Below, piece by piece: positions 55,347 through 64,000 of a stretch of 64,000 bases of DNA (its first letter is position 1; each line of letters starts with the position of its first letter). This DNA is from Promethearchaeota archaeon. GTDB lineage: Archaea; Asgardarchaeota; Thorarchaeia; Thorarchaeales; Thorarchaeaceae. The stretch lies in assembly GCA_048939765.1 (NCBI GenBank), contig JBHLPF010000009.1, forward strand, positions 1,716-65,715. Direction: 5' to 3'. The notes below the pieces were generated by a model. That model was not told where the DNA came from, searched no databases, and saw only the letters and a program-made list of their open reading frames with translations. The position numbers and the translations under genes are program-made.

Positions 55347-56126
55347 ATGTCAGAGTCAGAACCCCTTATGCCTGCCCTCTTCGTTGGGCATGGATCACCC
55401 ATGAATGGAATAGAGGACAACGAATTTGCGGAGAACTGGGAGAAGATTGCCGCTCAGATTCCTAAACCAAAGGCAATTCTCTGCGTTTCTGCTCACTGGG
55501 TTTCGCAAAATACACTCGTGTCAACAGCACCCCTGCCTGAAACAATTCACGACTTCTATGGATTCCCCGATGAGCTCTACAAACTGACCTATCCAGCTCC
55601 TGGTGCTCCTGAGCTTGCGATGCGGATTCAGGAGATTCTCAAGTCAAATCCGGTCTATCCAGATGAGTCGAGAGGTTTGGATCATGGTGCCTGGGTTGTA
55701 CTACGGAGAATGTATCCAAATGCAGACATTCCAACCCTCCAACTGAGTCTGCACCAAGCATTGACGCCTCAGGAGCATTATGACATTGGTAGGGAGCTTC
55801 TTCAACTTAGAAGAGAAGGGGTCCTAATTCTGGGCAGTGGCAACATCGTGCATAATCTGGCGCTGGCAAGAATAAACCACACAGGATATCCTTGGGCCTA
55901 TGAGTTCGATGAATATGTTAGAAAGAGAATAGATGCCGATGACCACAACTCACTCATTCACTATGAACTCATACCGGACTCGGGCAAGGCATTTTGGACA
56001 AATGAGCACTATTTGCCACTCCTGTATGTACTTGCATTGAAACAGCCTCATGAGCAAGTCCGTCATTCAGCAGCTAAGGTCATCTATGGATCAATATCCA
56101 TGCGCTGTGTTCTCATACGCGACTGA
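55347..56126 (+). CDS. 4,5-DOPA extradiol dioxygenase (YgiD/DODA)
   Basis: GHGSPMN, SAHW, IHDFYGFP, RGLDHG.W, GSGNIVHNL, EHYLPL. Confidence 0.92.
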   Translation: MSESEPLMPALFVGHGSPMNGIEDNEFAENWEKIAAQIPKPKAILCVSAHWVSQNTLVSTAPLPETIHDFYGFPDELYKLTYPAPGAPELAMRIQEILKSNPVYPDESRGLDHGAWVVLRRMYPNADIPTLQLSLHQALTPQEHYDIGRELLQLRREGVLILGSGNIVHNLALARINHTGYPWAYEFDEYVRKRIDADDHNSLIHYELIPDSGKAFWTNEHYLPLLYVLALKQPHEQVRHSAAKVIYGSISMRCVLIRD

Positions 56127-56269
56127 GTTCGCGCTTTCAGTATTTTTCCTATCTAATCTTTCAAGACGAAGCAATAAGTGCTGTCGGAACGGTTTTGTTT
56201 CTAAGAAGGAACAGTTTTATTCCCTCACAGTGGATGTACCAAGAAGTAGTCTTTCGGTGGGTGAATATA

Positions 56270-56506
56270 ATGATTACAGCCTTTATCATGGCAAAGATCG
56301 AGTCGGCAAAGGCCCGTGACGTGCTTATCCATGTCAGGGAGCTGGAAGAGGTTGAAGAAGCCCACCTGATTTATGGTGCATATGACCTCTTGATCAAGGG
56401 TGTTTTCAAGACTCCAGAGTCCTTGAGCTCCTTTGTCGTAGATACCCTGCGAAAGGTTGATGGAGTGAAGGACACAGTAACAAATGTCTGTGCTGCATCG
56501 GACTGA
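56270..56506 (+). CDS. Lrp/AsnC ligand-binding domain protein
   Basis: YG.YDLLIK, LRKVDGV..T.T. Confidence 0.88.
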   Translation: MITAFIMAKIESAKARDVLIHVRELEEVEEAHLIYGAYDLLIKGVFKTPESLSSFVVDTLRKVDGVKDTVTNVCAASD

Positions 56507-56542
56507 CATCGCTTCTCTTTGAAGCATTAGGTGGCTCCGCTT

Positions 56543-57043
56543 CTATTTGTCCTCCCAGTAGTATTCGAAGTCACAGCAGTTGCGCTCTTCCATGAGAGTC
56601 GTAGACCTCTTCAATCTCATATTTGGATGAAGAGCTGGGGTAGCTGGGAAGTCCTGTTTGCAGTGAAGCAAATATCCTATATCAGCTGCGTCAAGGTCAT
56701 TGAATACCTTAGCGTAGATGCACTCTGTGACAATACAGATTGACTTGGCAGCGGTTTCCTCTGTGATTTCGACAACTTCCATGCTGTCTTTGTTGAGAGC
56801 ATCCACCCAATGTCTAAGCAGCACCTTCACGTCATCAAACGACTCTATTGGCCTATCCAAGGACTCAACGACGCTTCGCACATCATTCACTGCATTCTTC
56901 TCTGCCCAATCTGAAACAATCTCATGTGCCTTGTCCTTCCCCAAGACTTGCTCTAGTTCACGAATAAGGGACACAAGCTTTGAGCTCTTGTCCTTGAAGT
57001 GTTCGTAGACAGTGATATTCATCCTATTCTGGAATATTGACAT
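56543..57043 (-). CDS. L-2-amino-thiazoline-4-carboxylate hydrolase-like / V4R-like protein
   Basis: VTEC.YAK, GY.L.C..D, L.R..TLM.....CDF. Confidence 0.8.
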   Translation of the reverse strand: MSIFQNRMNITVYEHFKDKSSKLVSLIRELEQVLGKDKAHEIVSDWAEKNAVNDVRSVVESLDRPIESFDDVKVLLRHWVDALNKDSMEVVEITEETAAKSICIVTECIYAKVFNDLDAADIGYLLHCKQDFPATPALHPNMRLKRSTTLMEERNCCDFEYYWEDK

Positions 57044-57055
57044 AGTTCATTTCTC

Positions 57056-58939
57056 CTATTTGATGACAGCTTCTCCATCCCTTTCAAGACCAAGTCGCTT
57101 CAGAGTCTCCATCGTGGGGAGTCCTGTTTCCAAATCCCATCCTCGTTGTTCATAGTACTCATCAAGCATTTGATCTAGCTCGACAACCTGTCCTGTTGAG
57201 GGACCCTTTGGCGCTCCTTCTTTGGTCAGTCTATCAGGGAGTTGGTCCTCGCGACGAGTGATACCTCGAGCAACATTGAACAATCGATTGAGATTTACAA
57301 TGCGTTCTCCAATTTCCTGTAGTTCTTCGCTTGTTAGGTCTATGCCATTGTGTATCTTGAGAGCCTGAGCAATATCATCATAGTAGAATTCAGGAGGAAT
57401 CTGCGTTCCATACTTACATAGGCCAACGCTCTCGACCATGACCATAAAGTCCTCACATTCCTTGACCATAATCCCTTTGTATTTTGGATTGAGGCGGTCC
57501 GCCATTTCAGGTAGATATTGTTCCCCAAATCGTTCCTTGATCTCCTTGTCAAATCCTGCTTCATCGAGGACTGGGAACGCATACAGATGGTCTGCGCCTC
57601 TTGCTGCAGTGACTGCAGCCAGTCCCATTGATTTCTGAGCCCGTGGCTCTTGTCCTGCAATCTCTTGCTTCTTCACAGTCATAACGAACTTCTCTGTTCC
57701 GCGACCAATCTTCGCCGCAGCTCGTGCACTGCCCTCCGCAAGGATATCACCAAAGCCCTCTCGCAGGGCAATCATCTTGGTGAGCTTGACAATAGTTTCA
57801 TGATTGCCCCAACTGAGATCGATGTCACTGGTGTCTTCAGCCGTCAGAAGTCCTTCATCCCACGCCTCCATTGCCCAAGATATGGTGGCACCGAGAGAAA
57901 TAGTATCCATACCATACATGTTGGCCAGATGATGACTGTAGAGCACCGACTCTAGATTGTCATTTCCACAACGGGAACCGAGAGATGACTGTGACTCGAA
58001 CTCCGGCGACCCACCGATGTATTTGTATGGGCCCTCCTTGACTCCGGTGTACCTGCCACATCGCTGCAGACAACTCCAGTCAGACCTTGGCTTGACTAGA
58101 TGCTTCTCTGTAATTGTGTGCCCACTGATCTTCTCAAAGCCCTCGAAGACTCCTTGGCGCATATTATAGCTTGGGAGCCTACCAATATGATTCATCAACT
58201 CGACCAGATTTGTAGTTCCATACTTGGCCCGTTCTTTTGTGAAGGGATTTGCCAGCATCCTCTCATAGAATATGTCCATCTGCTTGAGGTAGTTCTTGGA
58301 ATCTGCAACCTCCAGCTTTCCAGACCCTCTCACCGAGATTGCTTTGAGTCTTTTTGAACCCATTACTGCGCCGAGTCCTGACCTCGCGGATGCACGGTCT
58401 CGGTCATTCATGATAGCTGCGAATCGAACCTTGTTCTCTCCTGCCTGTCCTATTGACAGCACTCTTGCTCTCTTGCTATGCTTCTCACGAATCCAATCAT
58501 CCGTTTCAAAGACCGATGTGCCCCATATATCAGACGCATCTAGAAGTTCAACGGTGTCATTTTGGATATGGAGATACACTGGGTCCGATGATGCTCCAGT
58601 GAAGATGATTGCATCATACCCAGCAAATTTCAGCTCAGCACCCCAGAATCCAGCCGCATGAGATTCTCCCCAGATATCGGTTAGAGGTGATAGTGCAGCA
58701 ACCACGTGACGCGACGCCTGCGGAAACATCGATCCAGTGAGAAGTCCAGTAGCAATTCCGAGCACATTCTTGGGGGATAGCGGACCAATTCCAACAGGAA
58801 TGTTATCATATAGAACTCGTGAGAGATAGCCTGCTCCAAGGAGATACTCCCTGACCATCTCCTCTTCAACGGGTCTTTTCTCAATCTCACCCTTGGTCAG
58901 ATCAATCCAGAGATTATTGCCTCCAATCCCCTTCATCAT
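57056..58939 (-). CDS. aor: Tungsten/Mo aldehyde:ferredoxin oxidoreductase family protein
   Basis: SPLT....S..GG-like, GLGAVMGSKRLKAI, GMDTIS.G, RG..HL, LDEYY..RGWD..G.P. Confidence 0.93.
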   Translation of the reverse strand: MMKGIGGNNLWIDLTKGEIEKRPVEEEMVREYLLGAGYLSRVLYDNIPVGIGPLSPKNVLGIATGLLTGSMFPQASRHVVAALSPLTDIWGESHAAGFWGAELKFAGYDAIIFTGASSDPVYLHIQNDTVELLDASDIWGTSVFETDDWIREKHSKRARVLSIGQAGENKVRFAAIMNDRDRASARSGLGAVMGSKRLKAISVRGSGKLEVADSKNYLKQMDIFYERMLANPFTKERAKYGTTNLVELMNHIGRLPSYNMRQGVFEGFEKISGHTITEKHLVKPRSDWSCLQRCGRYTGVKEGPYKYIGGSPEFESQSSLGSRCGNDNLESVLYSHHLANMYGMDTISLGATISWAMEAWDEGLLTAEDTSDIDLSWGNHETIVKLTKMIALREGFGDILAEGSARAAAKIGRGTEKFVMTVKKQEIAGQEPRAQKSMGLAAVTAARGADHLYAFPVLDEAGFDKEIKERFGEQYLPEMADRLNPKYKGIMVKECEDFMVMVESVGLCKYGTQIPPEFYYDDIAQALKIHNGIDLTSEELQEIGERIVNLNRLFNVARGITRREDQLPDRLTKEGAPKGPSTGQVVELDQMLDEYYEQRGWDLETGLPTMETLKRLGLERDGEAVIK

Positions 58940-59424
58940 ATCTCCTCCTTGTTGTACAGCTCATTCTCGTGCATACTATAGAGTGTTGATAGGCGACCGT
59001 CCGAATCCTTCTCATTCAGTTCACTCTCAGTGGTGATCCAGATTGCATTAACAGGGCATCGGTCAACACAATCTCCGCACTGGATGCATTTGATTGCCTT
59101 CTTGGTGTCTGGATGTAATCTGATTGCATAATAGGGGCATGCCTTGACGCACTCGCCGCTGCCTGTACACTTCTTGTTGTTCACAATGACAACACCCTTA
59201 GACGTGCGACTTATCGCCTTGTTTGGACAAGCAGCCATGCATGGAGCGTCTTCGCAGTTTCTACAAAAGAGGGGGAAATCAAGGCCTGGCTCAATTCTTA
59301 CTGCTCTGACCCGAGACCAACGAGGGCCGATCACTTTTGAAAATCGCATGCTGCATACATTGACGCATATCATGCATCCTGTGCAGACTTCAGGGTCTCC
59401 AAACACGAACTTCAACTCAGTCAT
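58936..59424 (-). CDS. 4x[4Fe-4S] electron-transfer subunit
   Basis: CTGCMIC..VC, CRNCEDAPC...CP, KCIQCGDC..RCP. Confidence 0.92.
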   Translation of the reverse strand: MTELKFVFGDPEVCTGCMICVNVCSMRFSKVIGPRWSRVRAVRIEPGLDFPLFCRNCEDAPCMAACPNKAISRTSKGVVIVNNKKCTGSGECVKACPYYAIRLHPDTKKAIKCIQCGDCVDRCPVNAIWITTESELNEKDSDGRLSTLYSMHENELYNKEEI

Positions 59425-59427
59425 TCT

Positions 59428-60810
59428 TCAGTCCTCAATTGGTGTCATACCTGTCATTGCTTGGAACCTTCCATGTCCTGGCTTGACTAGCATCCTGTCA
59501 TCCTCAAAAACTGGGGTGCCGCGGACAACAGTCATTGTTGGCGCTCCTTTCATTGTCATGCCTTCATACAGTGTCCAGCCACACTTTGAGAACATCATAT
59601 CAGATGTCAACTTCTCCTCCTTCCAAGGGTCAATTATGACGAAATCTGCATCAGCACCAATAGCCAAAACACCTTTTCTTGGATAGAGGCCAAACAACTT
59701 TGCTGGATTTCTGGATGCAACATTCAATAGCCGCGTGAATGATATTCTTCCTTTGTTGACGCCTTCTGAGAGCAGCACTCTCAGTATCATTTGGACTCCA
59801 TCAACACCTGACCAAGCTTCGCGAATGTCTTCAATCCCCGCTTCCTTCATCTCCAAGGGGCATGGTGCATGGTCACTGACTGTCATATCGATTGTTCCGC
59901 GAAGTAGCGCTGACCATAGTGCAGACCTGTCAGCCTCTGCTCTTAGCGGCGGATTCATCTTGCTCCTCGGTCCAAGTCGGTTCATATCATCTCTTTGAAA
60001 GACCAAATGATGAGGGCATACCTCGGTGGTGACCATGGTCCCCTTCAGCTTGGCCCGCTCAACATCTGCCAAGCCCTCTCTGGTTGTGATATGTGCAACA
60101 TGAAGATGGCCCCCTGTCAGCTCTGCAATTGAGGTGGCCTGCTTCACAGCGAGCTGTTCAGCTAGGTTTGGTCTGGCTAGTGAATGGCTTATTGGTGCAT
60201 CCCATTCTCCTTCCATCTCTCGACCAAATTCGTCAAGCACGCCTTGATTCTCTGCGTGCAAGGTTATGTGTGCGCCACACTCCGAGGCAGTACTGAGTGC
60301 CTGAACCAATACGCCGTCACTAACTGGATATGGGTCACAGGTGAATGCCTTGAAAGCTGCAATGCCCTTCTCAACCATGGCCGGAATCATGGTGTAATTA
60401 TCAGAATTCAACATGCCTGCATAGAATGAGAAATCCACAACAGACATTGATTCACCTTGGGATATCTTTTCCTCCACCGCCTTGGGCGAATCAACCTGGT
60501 TAGTCAACGGCATGTCTATCACGGTTGTGACACCCCCCGCCGCAGCTGCACGCGAACCAGTGGTAAAATCTTCATGACTCAGCATGGTGGGATCATGTAG
60601 GTGCGCATGTCCATCTATCAGTCCTGGAATGACGATTTTTCCTTCTGCATCAATGACGGTCGAGGCATCTGGCAAATGTTCATCGGTGGCAATACTGCAG
60701 ATTCGACCAGCATCTATTCCAAGGCCACCTCTAGTTAGCCCTGACTCGAGCAGTAGCTTGGCATTCTTAACCACAAGGTCTACCATTATAGGCTGCCCCC
60801 TAACAATCAT
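59428..60810 (-). CDS. Cyclic amidohydrolase (allantoinase/dihydropyrimidinase/dihydroorotase family)
   Basis: PG.ID.H.H, AAAGGVTT, FKAF, HAEN, NPPLR, SDHAP. Confidence 0.9.
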   Translation of the reverse strand: MIVRGQPIMVDLVVKNAKLLLESGLTRGGLGIDAGRICSIATDEHLPDASTVIDAEGKIVIPGLIDGHAHLHDPTMLSHEDFTTGSRAAAAGGVTTVIDMPLTNQVDSPKAVEEKISQGESMSVVDFSFYAGMLNSDNYTMIPAMVEKGIAAFKAFTCDPYPVSDGVLVQALSTASECGAHITLHAENQGVLDEFGREMEGEWDAPISHSLARPNLAEQLAVKQATSIAELTGGHLHVAHITTREGLADVERAKLKGTMVTTEVCPHHLVFQRDDMNRLGPRSKMNPPLRAEADRSALWSALLRGTIDMTVSDHAPCPLEMKEAGIEDIREAWSGVDGVQMILRVLLSEGVNKGRISFTRLLNVASRNPAKLFGLYPRKGVLAIGADADFVIIDPWKEEKLTSDMMFSKCGWTLYEGMTMKGAPTMTVVRGTPVFEDDRMLVKPGHGRFQAMTGMTPIED

Positions 60811-60818
60811 GGGATGGC

Positions 60819-61109
60819 CTAGCCGCCTCCCACTGGAGGGAAGAGGGCCACTGCATCCCCCTCTTCTAGCAGGGTGTCATACCCATCAAGTCGTTCTATA
60901 CGAGTTCCATTAATCATACATTGATAGAATCGTTTCAGCTTGTCAGTTTCCTCATCTATCACAGTATCAATGAACCGTCTTCCGTATTGTTCTTTTAGTT
61001 TCTCAAGCAAGCCCTTGATGTCATCAGCTTCAATCTCAGTACTTCTAGTCCCGACAGCCTCCCGCACGGTTGCAAAGAATTTCACAGTGACTACTGGCAA
61101 GCGTTTCAA
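60819..61109 (-). CDS. moaD: MoaD/ThiS/SAMP ubiquitin-like sulfur carrier
   Basis: KFFAT.RE..G, C-terminal FPPVGGG. Confidence 0.92.
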   Translation of the reverse strand: MKRLPVVTVKFFATVREAVGTRSTEIEADDIKGLLEKLKEQYGRRFIDTVIDEETDKLKRFYQCMINGTRIERLDGYDTLLEEGDAVALFPPVGGG

Positions 61110-61255
61110 CTCAGTTTTTCAACGTGGGTCTATGGCATTTTAATACTTATGAACGAGGATTATCATACGCTTTAGGTGTTCGTCAAATGGCTCTTGATGC
61201 ACAGGAATTATTAGCTTGAGTGTTATTGCTTTAGCATCCGTTACCGTGACAAGTA

Positions 61256-62170
61256 GTGTCGAAAGAGGTTGGGCCAATGGAGATTGTGGTAATTGGACAT
61301 CTGAGCAGGGATTTCACAATCACCCCTGAGAGGAGAATTGAAAACATCGGGGGCGGCCCCGCATATGCTATGATTGCACCTAGGATTGGTGCCCTGGGCG
61401 CTGGAATTGTAAGTTGTGTGGGTGCGGACTTTGAGGATGAATATCTAAACGCTCTTGAAGATGCGGGACTCAACATCTCTGGAGTCCAGATACGAGGACA
61501 GAAGAGTACGAGGTTCATCAATGAATATGATGAAGAGGGAATTCGAACGCAGAGGGTTGAAAGCATAGGTCCCTCGATACGGCCTGATGACATTCTTCCT
61601 CAGCACAGGGATGCCAGCATCTATCACTTCAGTCCACTGACAGCTAGCGAGATCTCCTATTCGGTCATCAAGTCTGTGCGAGTGGGAGGCCCTCTGCTAT
61701 CCATTGATTGTCAGGGCTTTCTTAGAGGAATCGAGGATGAGCAAATCATTGAGAGAGAATGGCTTGATAGAGACGAGATTCTAGGACTGGCCGATGTTGT
61801 GAAATTTGATGAGGCAGAACTCAAACTGGCATATGATTCTCAGTCAGAGCTATCAGCAGTGACCGAAATCCTCAACATCGGTCCGCGAATGGTCCTAGTG
61901 ACACGGGACAGACGCGGGTCCACGGTTTATACTCGAAACACGCAGAAGGATATCCCCCTTGTATTGGCCAACGCTCAGACTGACCCGACAGGTTGCGGCG
62001 ATGTATATGTCATTTCCTTTCTTCTGGAATACATGAGAACAGGTGACGTGAAGCGGGCGGGTCTTTTTGGTGCAACGTGTTCCTCATTCAATGTGGAAAC
62101 CGCAGGTCCGTTTGACCTACCGACCCGAGAACAGGTCGAGAGAAGGATGAAGCCCTACGTTCAGTCATAA
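61256..62170 (+). CDS. PfkB-family carbohydrate kinase
   Basis: GG...Y, DPTGCGD. Confidence 0.9.
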   Translation: MSKEVGPMEIVVIGHLSRDFTITPERRIENIGGGPAYAMIAPRIGALGAGIVSCVGADFEDEYLNALEDAGLNISGVQIRGQKSTRFINEYDEEGIRTQRVESIGPSIRPDDILPQHRDASIYHFSPLTASEISYSVIKSVRVGGPLLSIDCQGFLRGIEDEQIIEREWLDRDEILGLADVVKFDEAELKLAYDSQSELSAVTEILNIGPRMVLVTRDRRGSTVYTRNTQKDIPLVLANAQTDPTGCGDVYVISFLLEYMRTGDVKRAGLFGATCSSFNVETAGPFDLPTREQVERRMKPYVQS

Positions 62171-62198
62171 AGGGGAATCCTTTTTCGTCAGTTTATAT

Positions 62199-63404
62199 GT
62201 GAGCAAACCGGTGGAAGCAGTGCTAGATGATTTAGACTCACTAATGGAGAAACATGAGATAGATGGACTATTTGTCACCGGAAATGCATACAACACTCCA
62301 GACATCTATTGGCTGACTGGTTTCAGGTCGGGAGATGATATTACGTATGTGAAGAATCGAGGGGAGGAACCTATTGTGGCTTCGTTCTTCCACACTCTGG
62401 AGCGAGTTCTGAAGGAAAGCCGAATACGGCGGACTCATGACTTGACTCAGGTCTACATCGGACTGTTACAGGAGGGGAAAAACGCGCGTGATAACATCGA
62501 GGTATTCGTGAAAGACACTATGAAGGAAGTCTTCACTGGTCAGATTGTTGGTGTACCTGATCACACTCCCGCTGAACAACTCATAGTCATTCAGAAAATG
62601 GGGTATGAGGTGAAAGTAGTTCCAAATCTGTTGCGTGAAGCTCGTGCCACGAAATCCGCAGCTGAGATTGATGCAATAAAAAAGGCTGGTGATGCAACCG
62701 TTGGTGGAATCACCAAAGTCCTTGAGATGGTTAAAGACTCAGCCATTGGTCCTAACAAGACACTGTTGTACAGGGGCGAGCCATTGACAGTCGGGCGGAT
62801 GAAACTGGCACTTGAGCACTTTCTACTTGACCATGGTGCGGAGGCTGCAACGGATACAATCCTAGCTGTTGGAACGAAGGCCTTCGACTGGCATTATTCA
62901 GGCGCTCCTGGTGATGAATTGAAAGCTGAACAACCCACCATTCTAGATGTCTTTCCTCGGCTAAAACAGGAACGCTATATCGCTGATGTAACTCGTACTT
63001 TTGTGAAGGGTTCAGTCAGTGAGAAACTATGTGACATGTTTGAGTCTGTTCAGGGGGCGGCTGGTTCATCTATTGATGCTATAAAGGATGGTGCCAAGAT
63101 TGATGATGCAAATATGGCCTGCGGTGACCGTCTGAAACGCTCTGGGTACGACTCACGCCGGCTTAATCCTCAAGCCTCTGAGGGTATGACGCACGGGCTT
63201 GGACATGGGATTGGTCTTGAAGTGCACGAGAACCCATCACTGTACGATCGAGAGGCATACTTTGAGTCAGGTCATGTGTTGGCTATTGAACCAGGCGTCT
63301 ATTTGAAAGCAGTAGGCGGTGTACGAATAGAGAATGACTATCTAGTCAGTACTGACAGAGCTGTTCTCTTAACCAAAGGGCTTGATGAGATTCTGTATTT
63401 CTAG
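62199..63404 (+). CDS. Xaa-Pro aminopeptidase (M24B)
   Basis: D.TRTF, HGLGHGIGLEVHE.P, IEPG.Y, GVRIE. Confidence 0.93.
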   Translation: MSKPVEAVLDDLDSLMEKHEIDGLFVTGNAYNTPDIYWLTGFRSGDDITYVKNRGEEPIVASFFHTLERVLKESRIRRTHDLTQVYIGLLQEGKNARDNIEVFVKDTMKEVFTGQIVGVPDHTPAEQLIVIQKMGYEVKVVPNLLREARATKSAAEIDAIKKAGDATVGGITKVLEMVKDSAIGPNKTLLYRGEPLTVGRMKLALEHFLLDHGAEAATDTILAVGTKAFDWHYSGAPGDELKAEQPTILDVFPRLKQERYIADVTRTFVKGSVSEKLCDMFESVQGAAGSSIDAIKDGAKIDDANMACGDRLKRSGYDSRRLNPQASEGMTHGLGHGIGLEVHENPSLYDREAYFESGHVLAIEPGVYLKAVGGVRIENDYLVSTDRAVLLTKGLDEILYF

Positions 63405-63421
63405 TCGAATGCTGTAGACCA

Positions 63422-64000
63422 TTAATCCATGCTTAGTGCAGAATATGGGCAAACCGAGATGCACATGCCGCACCCTTCGCACTTCTCTGAGTCGATAGAG
63501 AAAGTCCCCTTTCCTTTATCCAGGTTGATCGCGTGGTACACACATGACTTTGGGCAAAGTCCACACCTTGTACATTTCTCGAGATCTATTTTTGGGGGCG
63601 GTTCTAGTTTCACTCCCTTTTTGAGATGCTTGAGGGCCATTCCCTTGACGTCACTCACAGAGTCATATCTATGCTCATCTAGCCAATTGTCGATCTCTCG
63701 AACAATCTGACCATATACTGTGTCACCCTGCAGGATTGCTGCTGTGCATACCTCAACCGCAGATGCTCCTGCCATCAAGAATTCAATTGCGTCCTCTCCT
63801 GTCGTGACCCCACCCACAGCTATGACTGGCTTCTTGATGCTCCTGGCAATATCCGCGATACACTTCATTGCGATGGGTTTGAGAGATGCGCCACTCATCC
63901 ATCCCTCTCCCAGGTCGCTTCCAAGGACCGGCTTACCTGTTTCAATGTCAATCCTAAGAACTGGACCGTATGTGTTGATTCCAACCACCCCATCAACAAA
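63422..64000 (-). CDS. Dihydroorotate/dihydropyrimidine dehydrogenase (PreA-like) with C-terminal 2x[4Fe-4S]; 5' part outside window
   Basis: GINT, SG..LKP, GGV..G.DA.EF.MAGAS.V.VC; two CxxCxxCxxxC motifs. Confidence 0.85.
   Translation of the reverse strand, partial: FVDGVVGINTYGPVLRIDIETGKPVLGSDLGEGWMSGASLKPIAMKCIADIARSIKKPVIAVGGVTTGEDAIEFLMAGASAVEVCTAAILQGDTVYGQIVREIDNWLDEHRYDSVSDVKGMALKHLKKGVKLEPPPKIDLEKCTRCGLCPKSCVYHAINLDKGKGTFSIDSEKCEGCGMCISVCPYSALSMD

Noticed and set aside
1-64000. CRISPR arrays, rRNA, IS elements, integrases, prophage
   Set aside because: No spaced repeats, rRNA signatures, transposase or integrase motifs seen by eye; weak relics cannot be excluded without tools

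Overview
Archaeal chromosomal window, most likely from an Asgard archaeon (Thorarchaeia-like; inferred from the Sec machinery, Roadblock protein, Get3-like ATPase and gene style). Bases 1-16.3 kb hold a minus-strand uL22-to-cmk ribosomal protein/secY/adk superoperon, interrupted by an Hsp20 gene, an opposite-strand membrane protein and an aminotransferase plus membrane protein. The rest contains hypD, mobA, hdrA(+MvhD)-hdrC-hdrB, GGGP synthase, a Roadblock protein, map, two TFBs, SUI1, Rpo12, a Get3/ArsA ATPase, uppP, endA, leuS, corA, and a tungsten/Mo aldehyde oxidoreductase operon. A compact selenocysteine cluster is present: selB, SepSecS, an unknown ORF, a tRNA-Sec found by eye (45266-45356) and pstK. 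The best leads are a 32-aa transmembrane micro-ORF coupled to the Get3 stop codon, the unknown ORF inside the Sec cluster, a divergent cyclin/TFIIB-fold protein, a CdvA-like coiled-coil protein, several degenerate pseudoenzymes and structured intergenic RNAs. No CRISPR array, rRNA or mobile element was seen. All family assignments come from motif recognition, not database searches.
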